Source of the DNA: a bacterium
Lineage (GTDB): Bacteria > Hinthialibacterota > Hinthialibacteria > Hinthialibacterales > Hinthialibacteraceae
Length of the DNA stretch: 64,000 nt
Assembly (NCBI GenBank): GCA_963662285.2
Contig: CAXXMV010000006.1
Location: 896,001 to 960,000, forward strand
Direction: 5' to 3'
In this document: one piece after another, positions 40,414 to 48,589 of the stretch
Layout: each line of letters starts with the position of its first letter
How positions within the stretch are numbered: position 1 is the first letter of the stretch
The notes under the pieces: generated by a model
Told to the model about the DNA's origin: nothing
The model's database searches: none
The model's input: the letters and a program-made list of their open reading frames with translations, nothing else
Program-made: the position numbers and the translations under genes

Positions 40414-43389
40414 ATGTTTGAATGGATGAATAAGCACAAGAAAGACATCATGGCCTACACATTGTGGTTGGTCATACCCTCGTTTATTGTTTTGTATGGT
40501 TATGGGGAGTGCCAAAGCCCTCAGCGCTTTGAATGGGTGGCTAAGGTTAATGGAGAGAAGATCAATGAGATTGTATGGTCTCAATGGTTGAATAATATCC
40601 AGGACCGCTATCGCCAGTATGGCCAGGAAATTGACCAGGATAAACTGCAAGCGCAAGCCTTGGATGCATTGATTACAATGTCGCTCAATAAGCAGAAGGC
40701 CGATAAGTTTGGCATTGCCACTATCGACCAGGAAGTGGCGGAGGCTATTACAGCCTTACCTTATTTCAAAGATAAGGGCGGCAACTTCGATGTTAATATG
40801 TTCCGGGGAATTCTATCGCAATTTGATAAGAATCCCATCCAATTTGAAGAAGAACAGCGCGAACAACTCACTCGAACCAAAGTTCGTTCTTTAATCTCAA
40901 ATTCCATCTTCCCCGCAGCCAGCACCGTTAAACGCACTGAAGAACGGGAAAAGCAGAAGGTCGAGGTTGATTACCTGGTCTTTGAGCCTTCACAGTATGT
41001 TGATGATGTTGCGCCTGATGCAGACCAGATGAAGACTTTCTTCGAGAAAAACGTGGAAGATTATCGCATCTCCGAACAGCGTGATGTCGAATACGCCCGT
41101 TTTTATCCTGCTCAGTTTGTCAGGGAAGCTACTTATACGGAATACCAATTAACTCGCTTCTTTGAAGAGAATCGCGAAAAGTATCGCATTTCTGATTCTG
41201 TCATGGTGGAGTATTTGACCTACCGCACCGCAGATTTCTCTGACAAAGCGGAAGTCGACGAAGCCAAAATCGAGCAGCATTTCGAGGCTCATAAGTCGTC
41301 TTATAATCATCCTGAGCAAGTCAAAATCCGTTATATCGTGCAACCGATGGAAGATTTGCTTGGTACGCAAGACGTCTCAGAAGAAGAGATCAAAAAATTC
41401 TACGACGAGAACATCCAGCGTTATACACATAAAGAACAGGTTGAAGCCAGCCATATTCTTTTGAAAGTGGCGCCCGACGCCAGCGCGGACGATGATGAAG
41501 CGGTCAAAAACCGCATTCTGGAAATCCGTGATGAAATTGCCAAAGGTTTGTCGTTTGAAGATGCGGCTATCAAGTATTCAGAAGGTCCCAGCGCGCCTAA
41601 AGGCGGAGAACTGGGAACATTTGGCCGTGGCCGGATGGTTCCGCCATTCGAGAAAGCGGCTTTTGAATTGCCTCTCGGGCAAGTATCCGAACCGGTAAAA
41701 ACCCGTTTCGGGTATCACCTGATCAAAGTATCTGACCGTAAAGAAGAAGGCATCGATGCGCTGGAAACAGTCAGTGATGACATCGCAAAATTAGTTAAGA
41801 GAAGAAAAGCGATTGATGCGTTCCGTCTGGAGATGGAAGCATTGGATTCGCTTGATTCGCTTGAAGGACGATACGAGATTAAATCCACCGATTGGATTGC
41901 GCGCGGTGGAGACATTGAAGGTTTGACCTCCGGCGAGCGGTCGATGGTGAGTACGGTTGCCTTCAGCGCAAATAAAGAGAAAAAAATATTAGTCGCTGGT
42001 TATCATACCAACGATAACGTTTTTGCCGTTGAGCGTGTAGGACGGATGGAAAAACGGGCCATGACGTTAGAAGAGGCTCGTGAAAAAGTTGTTGAAGAAG
42101 CAAAAGTTGCTGTTGCCGAAGAACTGGCCAAAGCAGCCGCTCAAGCGGATATTGCTCGAATCAAGAGCGCTTCATTGGCGTTGGATGTTATTGCTTCTGA
42201 ACGCAACTTGACTTTGGAAACCACAGATTACTTCAGCAGAGACGCCGCATCGGTTAAAGGTTTCGGCGCCAGGCCTACCGAGTTGATGAGCATCGCCTTC
42301 ACATTGAACGAAGGCGAATCAGGCGGCCCGGTTAAAATATCATCCGGTTATAATATCTTTCGCCTGGTGGCTCGTAATCCTGAACATATTCCAGAGATTA
42401 ATGAAGTTATTCAGGATGTTCAGAGAGATTGTTTGCAGAAGGAATCTGAACAACTGGCTCGTTTGGCTGCACAAAAATTTGGCGATGACCTTTATAACAG
42501 CCAGTCATCAATTGATAAGATTGCGGCTGCGCAAAAAATTGATTGGGGAACAACGGGATTGTTTACCATGCAGGATCCTATTCCCGGCATCGGTCAGCAA
42601 ATGGTATTGAATTATAACGCATTCCAGTTAGAAGGCGTTGGAGAGATTTCCGATCCACTACCAGTCACTCCCCGTCAGTCCTATGGTCAAAATGATAAGC
42701 AGCCCGTGCAGGCTTATTACATTCTACGCTTGACCGAGATCAAGGAATCCTATCTTCCAGAGATGTCCGAAGTGGCAGAGGATGTTGAAAAAGATTACCG
42801 CTTGCTGTTGGCTGAGGACGTTGCTGAAAAACATGCCGCTGAAGCGCTTGATCAGATCAAGCAGAAGATTTCATCTGCATCACCACTATCAGCGACTAAG
42901 GCTGTAGAATTGAAAGAGTTTGAAGATGTTGATAACGCAAAGACTATAGCCAAGGGCGGAAAATATCGCGATTCAACTTCCATCACTGGAAATGGCTACG
43001 TCGCCGGTATTGGCGGCAAACCGTGGTCTTTCACAAAAACCGCACTTGCTTTGAAAGCAGGTCAGGTTTCCGGTCTGGTTAAGTGTTATAGAGATAAAAA
43101 AGATAAAGATGGCGCCCGTGTTCAGGGACCATTGCTGGGCGTGTATATTCTGCAAGTTCTAGGTAAATCCGCTGTGGATGAAACAAGCGCTCCAAGCAAG
43201 GTCAGCGAACAATTGCAGAACAGCTTCAAGTCCATAGCTTTTGACGCCTGGATCGATGAAGTCAGCGCCGAAGCTACTGCCAATATCGAATACAACCGCA
43301 AGTTCTTGTATCCTGAAGAAGATGAAGATGCAGTTGTGGATGAAGAAGGTATGGAAGAAAAAAGTGCATCGGATGCTTCCACTTCTTAA
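40414..43389 (+). CDS. Extended PpiD/SurA-like periplasmic chaperone with parvulin PPIase domain
   Basis: N-terminal TM anchor, VAKVNGEKI SurA_N region, ASHILL..FEDAAIKYSEGPSAPKGGELG..MVPPFEKAAF..VSEPVKTRFGYHLIKV; 991 aa. Confidence 0.85.
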   Translation: MFEWMNKHKKDIMAYTLWLVIPSFIVLYGYGECQSPQRFEWVAKVNGEKINEIVWSQWLNNIQDRYRQYGQEIDQDKLQAQALDALITMSLNKQKADKFGIATIDQEVAEAITALPYFKDKGGNFDVNMFRGILSQFDKNPIQFEEEQREQLTRTKVRSLISNSIFPAASTVKRTEEREKQKVEVDYLVFEPSQYVDDVAPDADQMKTFFEKNVEDYRISEQRDVEYARFYPAQFVREATYTEYQLTRFFEENREKYRISDSVMVEYLTYRTADFSDKAEVDEAKIEQHFEAHKSSYNHPEQVKIRYIVQPMEDLLGTQDVSEEEIKKFYDENIQRYTHKEQVEASHILLKVAPDASADDDEAVKNRILEIRDEIAKGLSFEDAAIKYSEGPSAPKGGELGTFGRGRMVPPFEKAAFELPLGQVSEPVKTRFGYHLIKVSDRKEEGIDALETVSDDIAKLVKRRKAIDAFRLEMEALDSLDSLEGRYEIKSTDWIARGGDIEGLTSGERSMVSTVAFSANKEKKILVAGYHTNDNVFAVERVGRMEKRAMTLEEAREKVVEEAKVAVAEELAKAAAQADIARIKSASLALDVIASERNLTLETTDYFSRDAASVKGFGARPTELMSIAFTLNEGESGGPVKISSGYNIFRLVARNPEHIPEINEVIQDVQRDCLQKESEQLARLAAQKFGDDLYNSQSSIDKIAAAQKIDWGTTGLFTMQDPIPGIGQQMVLNYNAFQLEGVGEISDPLPVTPRQSYGQNDKQPVQAYYILRLTEIKESYLPEMSEVAEDVEKDYRLLLAEDVAEKHAAEALDQIKQKISSASPLSATKAVELKEFEDVDNAKTIAKGGKYRDSTSITGNGYVAGIGGKPWSFTKTALALKAGQVSGLVKCYRDKKDKDGARVQGPLLGVYILQVLGKSAVDETSAPSKVSEQLQNSFKSIAFDAWIDEVSAEATANIEYNRKFLYPEEDEDAVVDEEGMEEKSASDASTS

Positions 43390-43430
43390 GTAAATCTGGT
43401 TAGTATTATTCATTACAGCATAAAAATTAT

Positions 43431-43466
43431 TTCCCTGTTTGCTTTGGCGGACAGGGAATTTTTTTT
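43431..43466 (+). terminator. Intrinsic terminator
   Basis: TTCCCTGT..ACAGGGAA followed by T8. Confidence 0.7.
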
Positions 43467-43567
43467 ACGTGCTTTTAGATTCTTATTACTTTGGGAGGGG
43501 CTGTTCCCAAATCTCAAAATAAATACAATATAATATCCATATATCAACGGGAAAGATTAAGACGCTA

Positions 43568-44293
43568 ATGAACGGATTCTTTATCACCGGTACTGATACA
43601 GAAATCGGCAAGACGCTGATAACCGCATTATTGACGCTTGGCCTGAGAAGACGGGGCGTTGATGTTGGTCCGGTAAAGCCTATTGCATCCGGTGGGATTG
43701 AGGTGGATGGCGTATTGGCATCTCCTGATGCGCTGGTATATAAGAAATTTTCAGGGATCGACGAAACGGTTCATAATCTTTGTCCTGTATGCTTCAAACA
43801 TCCCGCCTCGCCTCATCTGGCTGCGGAAATGGAAGGCCAGGTTATTGATCCTCAAATAGCGATTGAAGCGCTGCAAATTTTACATGAGAAATATCAGGCG
43901 CTTATGGTTGAAGGCATCGGCGGATGGCTGGTTCCCATAACCTATGATTATTCGATTGCTGATTTCGCAGTCGACCTGAATATGCCGGTAATTTTAGTAT
44001 CCGCCAATAAGTTAGGGACGCTTAATCATACGTTACTGACCATCGAATCGATTCGTAAAAGGGGATTGAAACTGGCTGGCGTTATCATAACCCATCCCGC
44101 ACCGCCTGCGGATCAGCATATTGCGCTTAATAATATTGAAACAATTGAACGTATTGGAAAAACCAAAATCCTGGGTAATATTCCTTACCTGGGTCAGGAT
44201 ATAGAACAGAAAGAGAACGCGGCTTCATTATGGCCGCAGATTAAGGATGCATTTCAGTGGCAGACAATTCACCAACTACTCAACATTCAATAG
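43568..44293 (+). CDS. bioD: Dethiobiotin synthase
   Basis: FITGTDTEIGKT, KPIASG, PASPHLAA, VEGIGG, LGTLNHTLLT. Confidence 0.95.
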   Translation: MNGFFITGTDTEIGKTLITALLTLGLRRRGVDVGPVKPIASGGIEVDGVLASPDALVYKKFSGIDETVHNLCPVCFKHPASPHLAAEMEGQVIDPQIAIEALQILHEKYQALMVEGIGGWLVPITYDYSIADFAVDLNMPVILVSANKLGTLNHTLLTIESIRKRGLKLAGVIITHPAPPADQHIALNNIETIERIGKTKILGNIPYLGQDIEQKENAASLWPQIKDAFQWQTIHQLLNIQ

Positions 44294-45639
44294 AAAAAAT
44301 CAAGCAATGGAGAGAATGGGATCAGCAATACGTATGGCATCCATTCACTCAGATGAAAGAATATGCTCAAGAACCGCCGCTTATCATTTCGCATGGTGAG
44401 GGGGCTTATCTTTATGACATCAACGGCGACTGTTATTTCGACGGCAACTCGTCATTATGGGTTAACCTGCACGGCCACGCCCGTGTGGAGATTACCGAAG
44501 CCATTACATCACAAGCGGAGAAGATCGCCCACTCAACCCTGTTGGGTCAGGGTAACATTCCCTCTATCGAGTTCGCCAAACGCTTGATCGATATTGCGCC
44601 GGATGGTTTGGCCAAGGTCTTTTATTCCGACAATGGATCGACCGCCAATGAAGTGGCGCTCAAAATGGCTTTCCAATATTGGCGGCAAAATGACCAGCAT
44701 CAAAAGAGCAAATTCATCACCTTCGATAACGCCTATCATGGCGACACTATCGGCAGCGTCAGCCTGGGCGGAATTAATCTGTTCCACCATATCTTCGGTG
44801 ATTTACTGTTTGAGCGGTACAGCATCCCATACCCGGTTTATTCCAAATATACTGCGACGGAATCTCCTGAGACGGTCGCTCAACCCTCGCTGGATGCCTG
44901 TGAGAAACTGCTCAAAGAACATAGCGGACAGATGGCGGCTTTGATTGTCGAACCGCTGATCCAGGGGGCTTCGGGCATCCGAACGGCGCCTCCAGGCTTC
45001 CATAAGTCTCTGCGTGAATTATGCACCAGGTATGATGTGCTGATGATATGCGATGAAGTATTCGTCGGCTTTGGACGCACCGGAACTATGTTCGCCTGCC
45101 AGCAGGAAAACGTCTCTCCCGATTTCATGTGTCTGGCCAAGGGAATCAGCGGCGGCTATCTGCCATTGGCGGCGACTTTGACCACTCAGCGGGTGTTTGA
45201 TGGCTTCTTAGGCGACTACTCGGAATACAGAACCTTTTTCCACGGCCATAGTTATACCGGAAATCAATTGGGCTGTGCGGCAGCGTTGGCCAGTCTGGAT
45301 ATCTTTGAAAAGGATGATACGCTTAACACTGTCAAGCCGGTGTATGAACATCTGGAGAAACGGCTCGATGCGCTCTATGCATCCAGCGACCATGTCGGCG
45401 ACATTCATCAACGCGGCCCATCGGCTGGCGTGGATATCGTCCGCAGCCGCAGCCGGAATGAAGAGTATGCATTGGAAGAGAAGACCGGCGCCAAACTCTG
45501 CTATGCCTTACGTAGGCATAAAATCTGGCTGCGTCCATTAGGAAACACCCTGGTTATCATCCCGCCGCTGATAACCACCATAAAACAGATCGACTATCTG
45601 ATGGACGCCATAGAAAAATGTTTAGAGGATGTGTTGTGA
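44257..45639 (+). CDS. bioA: Adenosylmethionine-8-amino-7-oxononanoate (DAPA) aminotransferase
   Basis: [60 protein letters not shown]; overlaps bioD. Confidence 0.95.
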   Translation: MADNSPTTQHSIEKIKQWREWDQQYVWHPFTQMKEYAQEPPLIISHGEGAYLYDINGDCYFDGNSSLWVNLHGHARVEITEAITSQAEKIAHSTLLGQGNIPSIEFAKRLIDIAPDGLAKVFYSDNGSTANEVALKMAFQYWRQNDQHQKSKFITFDNAYHGDTIGSVSLGGINLFHHIFGDLLFERYSIPYPVYSKYTATESPETVAQPSLDACEKLLKEHSGQMAALIVEPLIQGASGIRTAPPGFHKSLRELCTRYDVLMICDEVFVGFGRTGTMFACQQENVSPDFMCLAKGISGGYLPLAATLTTQRVFDGFLGDYSEYRTFFHGHSYTGNQLGCAAALASLDIFEKDDTLNTVKPVYEHLEKRLDALYASSDHVGDIHQRGPSAGVDIVRSRSRNEEYALEEKTGAKLCYALRRHKIWLRPLGNTLVIIPPLITTIKQIDYLMDAIEKCLEDVL

Positions 45640-45728
45640 TTCCTCTCCCAAGATTGGGAGAGGTTAGGTGAGGGTTGATAACGGGCCAATGTCATTAAGT
45701 TAACCGTGTTGTACCCTCTCCCGCCGGG

Positions 45729-46172
45729 CTACTCTCCGTACACAAATCAAAAGAGGAGAATGAAACGGGGAGCATCATAGAATGGGGAGCATCGGCTTCT
45801 AGCCGGTGTGTCAAATAGAATAGAATGAGTCCTATTACGCATAATCATTTCCATGGAGATAGGAGGATGAAAAAGGAATAACCGATTTGTGTTGTGATGC
45901 CGGATCACGTGCACATCCTCCTTACGCTATTGGAAATTCCAAACCTTGGATATCATTCGATCACAACAATACTTCATAGCATTAAAAGTTATTCATCAAT
46001 AGAAGCAAACCAGTTAGGAAGGGATTGGGCTACCGGCTAGAAGCCGATGCTCCCCTTTTTGATGTTCCCCTTTTTGATGCTCTCTGGTTATTGATAGAGT
46101 GTTTTTTTCAGTTGATCAGAGGTAGGCGTGTTGCCACTGCTTCAATTTCACAACAATGTGTACGGAGAGTAG
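45729..46172. mobile_element. Non-autonomous element B with perfect 16-bp terminal inverted repeats, nested in element A
   Basis: CTACTCTCCGTACACA / TGTGTACGGAGAGTAG; flanks CCCGCCGGG / TCCGCAGGA look like an eroded 9-bp duplication (6/9) at the centre of A's palindrome. Confidence 0.8.
45784..46055 (+). pseudogene. RAYT (REP-associated HUH/Y1 transposase) fragment between an inverted REP pair
   Basis: Perfect 24-bp inverted pair GGGGAGCATCGGCTTCTAGCCGGT (45784-45807) and 46032-46055. The frame between them reads HFHGDR..*PICVVMPDHVHILL..ILHSIKSYSSIEANQ (HUH motif); the catalytic Tyr region is absent. Confidence 0.8.
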
Positions 46173-46310
46173 TCCGCAGGAAAGGTTAGGGTGAGGGGGA
46201 TGTACAAAACAACTTAAGTTAATAACATTGGATAACGGGCGCCCCCGCAAACGCCATACTGTTAGATAGAGCTGTAAGCAAAATATATCAAAAAAGAGGG
46301 TTATAAAATC

Positions 46311-46697
46311 ATGACAAAACGTTTATTCGCGCCAAAAGACGGACCTGCCCCGGTTGGTCCATATTCACCTGCCGTAGCAGCTAATGGATTCCTGTTTGTA
46401 TCCGGTCAAATTCCTTTGAATCCCGCCACTGGAGAACTGGTGACTGATTCTTTTGAGAATCAGGTTCGACAGACTTTAGATAACTTAAAGAGCGTAGTCG
46501 AATCAGCGGGAATCACGCTGAATGAAGTAGTCAAAGTAACCATTTTTGTGGTTGACCTGGCTAATTTCGGCGAACTAAACCAGATATATGAGGAATACTT
46601 CAGCCAGAGCAAACCAGCCCGCGCCTGCGTCCAGGCCGCCGCTCTGCCCAAGGGAGTAGATGTAGAAATCGAAGCGGTTGCTTATTTGCCTGAGTAA
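46311..46697 (+). CDS. ridA: RidA / YjgF / UK114 family enamine deaminase
   Basis: PVGPYSPAV, FVSGQIP, VVKVTIF, PARACV, LPKGVDVEIEAVA. Confidence 0.9.
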   Translation: MTKRLFAPKDGPAPVGPYSPAVAANGFLFVSGQIPLNPATGELVTDSFENQVRQTLDNLKSVVESAGITLNEVVKVTIFVVDLANFGELNQIYEEYFSQSKPARACVQAAALPKGVDVEIEAVAYLPE

Positions 46698-46723
46698 TAA
46701 ATTGTTAATAAAAAAGGGGCGTG

Positions 46724-46757
46724 TGGGCGCCAAGGGCAATATCCTTTCTGCCCTTGA
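46724..46757. repeat. Family C hairpin repeat (left, inverted relative to 47196-47230)
   Basis: TGGGCGCCAAGGGCAATATCCTTTCTGCCCTTGA. Confidence 0.7.
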
Positions 46758-46913
46758 CTGACAACAATGACGAAAAGTAATCAAACCTATGATCCTATAA
46801 ACGGCGGTTAATTTTGACAATGTAGAAGTAAGTCATTTTCAATCAGCTAGATAAGAGATTATTATTAATTTATCCGCATAACCCGGAAGGTGAAATTACT
46901 ATAGTGGAGATTT

Positions 46914-46973
46914 GTTTGCGCGAGCGCCTTCTATCAACCCTCACCTAACCTCTCCCAATCTTGGGAGAGGGAT
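46914..46973. repeat. Uninterrupted REP-like repeat (empty-site counterpart of 45640-46252)
   Basis: ..TATCAACCCTCACCTAACCTCTCCCAATCTTGGGAGAGGGAT is the reverse complement of the left part of the interrupted copy. Confidence 0.8.
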
Positions 46974-47031
46974 GTATAACCAAAGTGTTTTGAATAACTA
47001 AGTCTAAACGATCTAAACGCTTATATCCAAA

Positions 47032-47074
47032 ATCCCTCTCCCCCAAGTTTGGGGGAGAATTCAAGAGGGGGTTG
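47032..47074. repeat. REP-like palindrome of the CCCCAAGTTTGGGG family
   Basis: ATCCCTCTCCCCCAAGTTTGGGGGAGAATTCAAGAGGGGGTTG. Confidence 0.65.
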
Positions 47075-47195
47075 TTTTCTATAACTAGAGATTTTCCAAT
47101 TAACTTTAGAATGATAATCTAACCGCCGTTTTCAGATTCTGTTTTCCGTGTGGATCGTTGGTGGGAATTATTGTTATAAAAAGAAGTGGACTAAA

Positions 47196-47230
47196 TCAAG
47201 GGCAGAAAATACACTGCCCTTGGCACCCGA
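47196..47230. repeat. Family C hairpin repeat (right)
   Basis: TCAAGGGCAGAAAATACACTGCCCTTGGCACCCGA. Confidence 0.7.
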
Positions 47231-47240
47231 CGCTACTTTT

Positions 47241-47290
47241 CCAAGGGAGTAGATGTAGAAATCGAAGCGGTTGCTTATATACCGGAGTAA
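47241..47290 (+). repeat. Direct duplicate of the ridA 3' end (att-like)
   Basis: 47/50 identical to 46648-46697, first 38 bp exact; encodes ..AYIPE* versus ..AYLPE*. Confidence 0.85.
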
Positions 47291-47312
47291 TTAATCGATT
47301 GGTTAGTCAAAC

Positions 47313-47340
47313 AAAAAAGGGGCGCGAATGTTCGCGCCCC
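47313..47340 (-). terminator. Intrinsic terminator
   Basis: Minus strand GGGGCGCGAA-CA-TTCGCGCCCC-T6. Confidence 0.75.
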
Positions 47341-47366
47341 TCAGCATTATAAGTAATAGTGTAAAA

Positions 47367-48440
47367 TCAGAATTTAACTTCAACCGATTTCAGCATTTTA
47401 TCGATGCTGGCTTCATCTTGAGTTATGGGTTCAATCTTCATCAGTTTCCATCGCTCGCGGTGAGAAGTCATGTCGCCCGGTTTTAGTTGGGTTAGAGGAC
47501 CAATCGACTCGACTTCCATCATCTCATTATTGGTGAAAATCTCGACGGAGCAGCCCATGTCGGGATATTCGGCGCCTTCGAAATAATCCAGATTCTTGAC
47601 GAAGAGCATTTCGTCCAGGGCGTAAGCCACCCAATTCTGGGTGTATGATAATCCTAACTTGAACTTAACGCTGTTGTTCTTATCTTGTTTGATGGTGATG
47701 TATTTATTCATCAGTTTCAAACGGGGATCGACCATATCAGTGTAACTCCAGGTCACTAAAGCCCGTTCCGGCAGCCAATGCTCCGGGCCATGCGGGGCGT
47801 ATTTGGGGTTGGGAGAGACGCAAATTCCGCCAGTTTCCATAACAGTCAGCACCCACGGAGCAAGTTTATAAGTTTTTAATCCACAGTTGGTTAGACGATG
47901 CATCAGAGTTATCTCGCCATTCTCCTCCATCGTAATTTCCATTTGCTTGCGAAAGCGGAGTATCTTACGGAATTCAGGATCATTGGCTTTCTTTTCGATA
48001 TCCTCGAAAGACATCGATTTACGCAGTGAATCATCCAGAATCTCGATAGGAGAAGTCAGCAAAAGAGTATTACCATCGATCTTGGCGTCGATTTCGTAAT
48101 TATCCTGATAGTAAGTGATATCGGCGGTTTCCGGTGCGACCCATAAACGATGACCGCCAAAACTATTCCACTCATCTCCGCCCACCACGCCAGCGGTTTC
48201 TTCAGTGATGCATAGCAGATTTTTTCCACCGACAAAACCATAGCGTAGCAAACGGGGACCGATATCAGCCACTGCGATCAGTTCCACTTCACCATTGCTA
48301 ATACGATAACACTTGTCCCATCCTTTGAATGATATCTTTTCAATTTTCACTGTTCCTGCTCCTGAAGGCAATGCCATAATCATTAGTAATACTACGCATA
48401 ACAACATGCCAAGCACGTTACGGATATTAATTCTCTTCAT
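47367..48440 (-). CDS. Secreted hypothetical protein, DUF4380 / galactose-mutarotase-like beta-supersandwich
   Basis: Signal peptide; DIGPRLLRYG, FGGHRLWVAPE, YPDMGCSVEIF, EVESIGPL..LKPG...H.E.W. Confidence 0.6.
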   Translation of the reverse strand: MKRINIRNVLGMLLCVVLLMIMALPSGAGTVKIEKISFKGWDKCYRISNGEVELIAVADIGPRLLRYGFVGGKNLLCITEETAGVVGGDEWNSFGGHRLWVAPETADITYYQDNYEIDAKIDGNTLLLTSPIEILDDSLRKSMSFEDIEKKANDPEFRKILRFRKQMEITMEENGEITLMHRLTNCGLKTYKLAPWVLTVMETGGICVSPNPKYAPHGPEHWLPERALVTWSYTDMVDPRLKLMNKYITIKQDKNNSVKFKLGLSYTQNWVAYALDEMLFVKNLDYFEGAEYPDMGCSVEIFTNNEMMEVESIGPLTQLKPGDMTSHRERWKLMKIEPITQDEASIDKMLKSVEVKF

Positions 48441-48589
48441 AATGAACCTCCTGAGTGATTACATACTATCGCTCATTAAGCGACTTTAGAATTGTCTCAT
48501 ATTTTTTACCAGCTTTCGACTGCCACAGGCTTTTTTGCATTAACTTTTGATTTTTACATGCTTGCTGTTCTCTAATAAAACGCGCTAAG

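Larger units (their letters stand above)
45687..46230. mobile_element. IS4-like MITE (element A) with 10-bp target-site duplication
   Basis: Ends CAATGTCATTAAGTTAA / TTAAGTTAATAACATTG; perfect GATAACGGGC direct repeat at 45677-45686 and 46231-46240; without its insert it is 91 bp and matches 60796-60887. Confidence 0.85.
45640..46252. repeat. REP-like host repeat (CCTCTCCCAAGATTGGGAGAGG-TTAGGTGAGGG) interrupted by nested elements
   Basis: Joining 45640-45686 to 46241-46252 reproduces the reverse complement of the uninterrupted copy at 46914-46973. Confidence 0.8.

Noticed and set aside
43470-43567. BirA operator upstream of bioD
   Set aside because: No TGTAAAC-N-GTTTACA-like palindrome seen.
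46870-46899. Possible dif/Xer site (TATCCGCATAA-CCCGGA-AGGTGAAATTA)
   Set aside because: The left arm resembles a XerC box, but the right arm does not match TTATGTTAAAT.
47116-47180. Possible integron attC site starting ATCTAAC
   Set aside because: No matching GTTRRRY end with a pairing stem, no cassette ORF and no integrase.
47158-47352. 64-aa ORF spanning the ridA duplicate
   Set aside because: It is composed of repeat and out-of-frame duplicated sequence, so it is not a credible gene.
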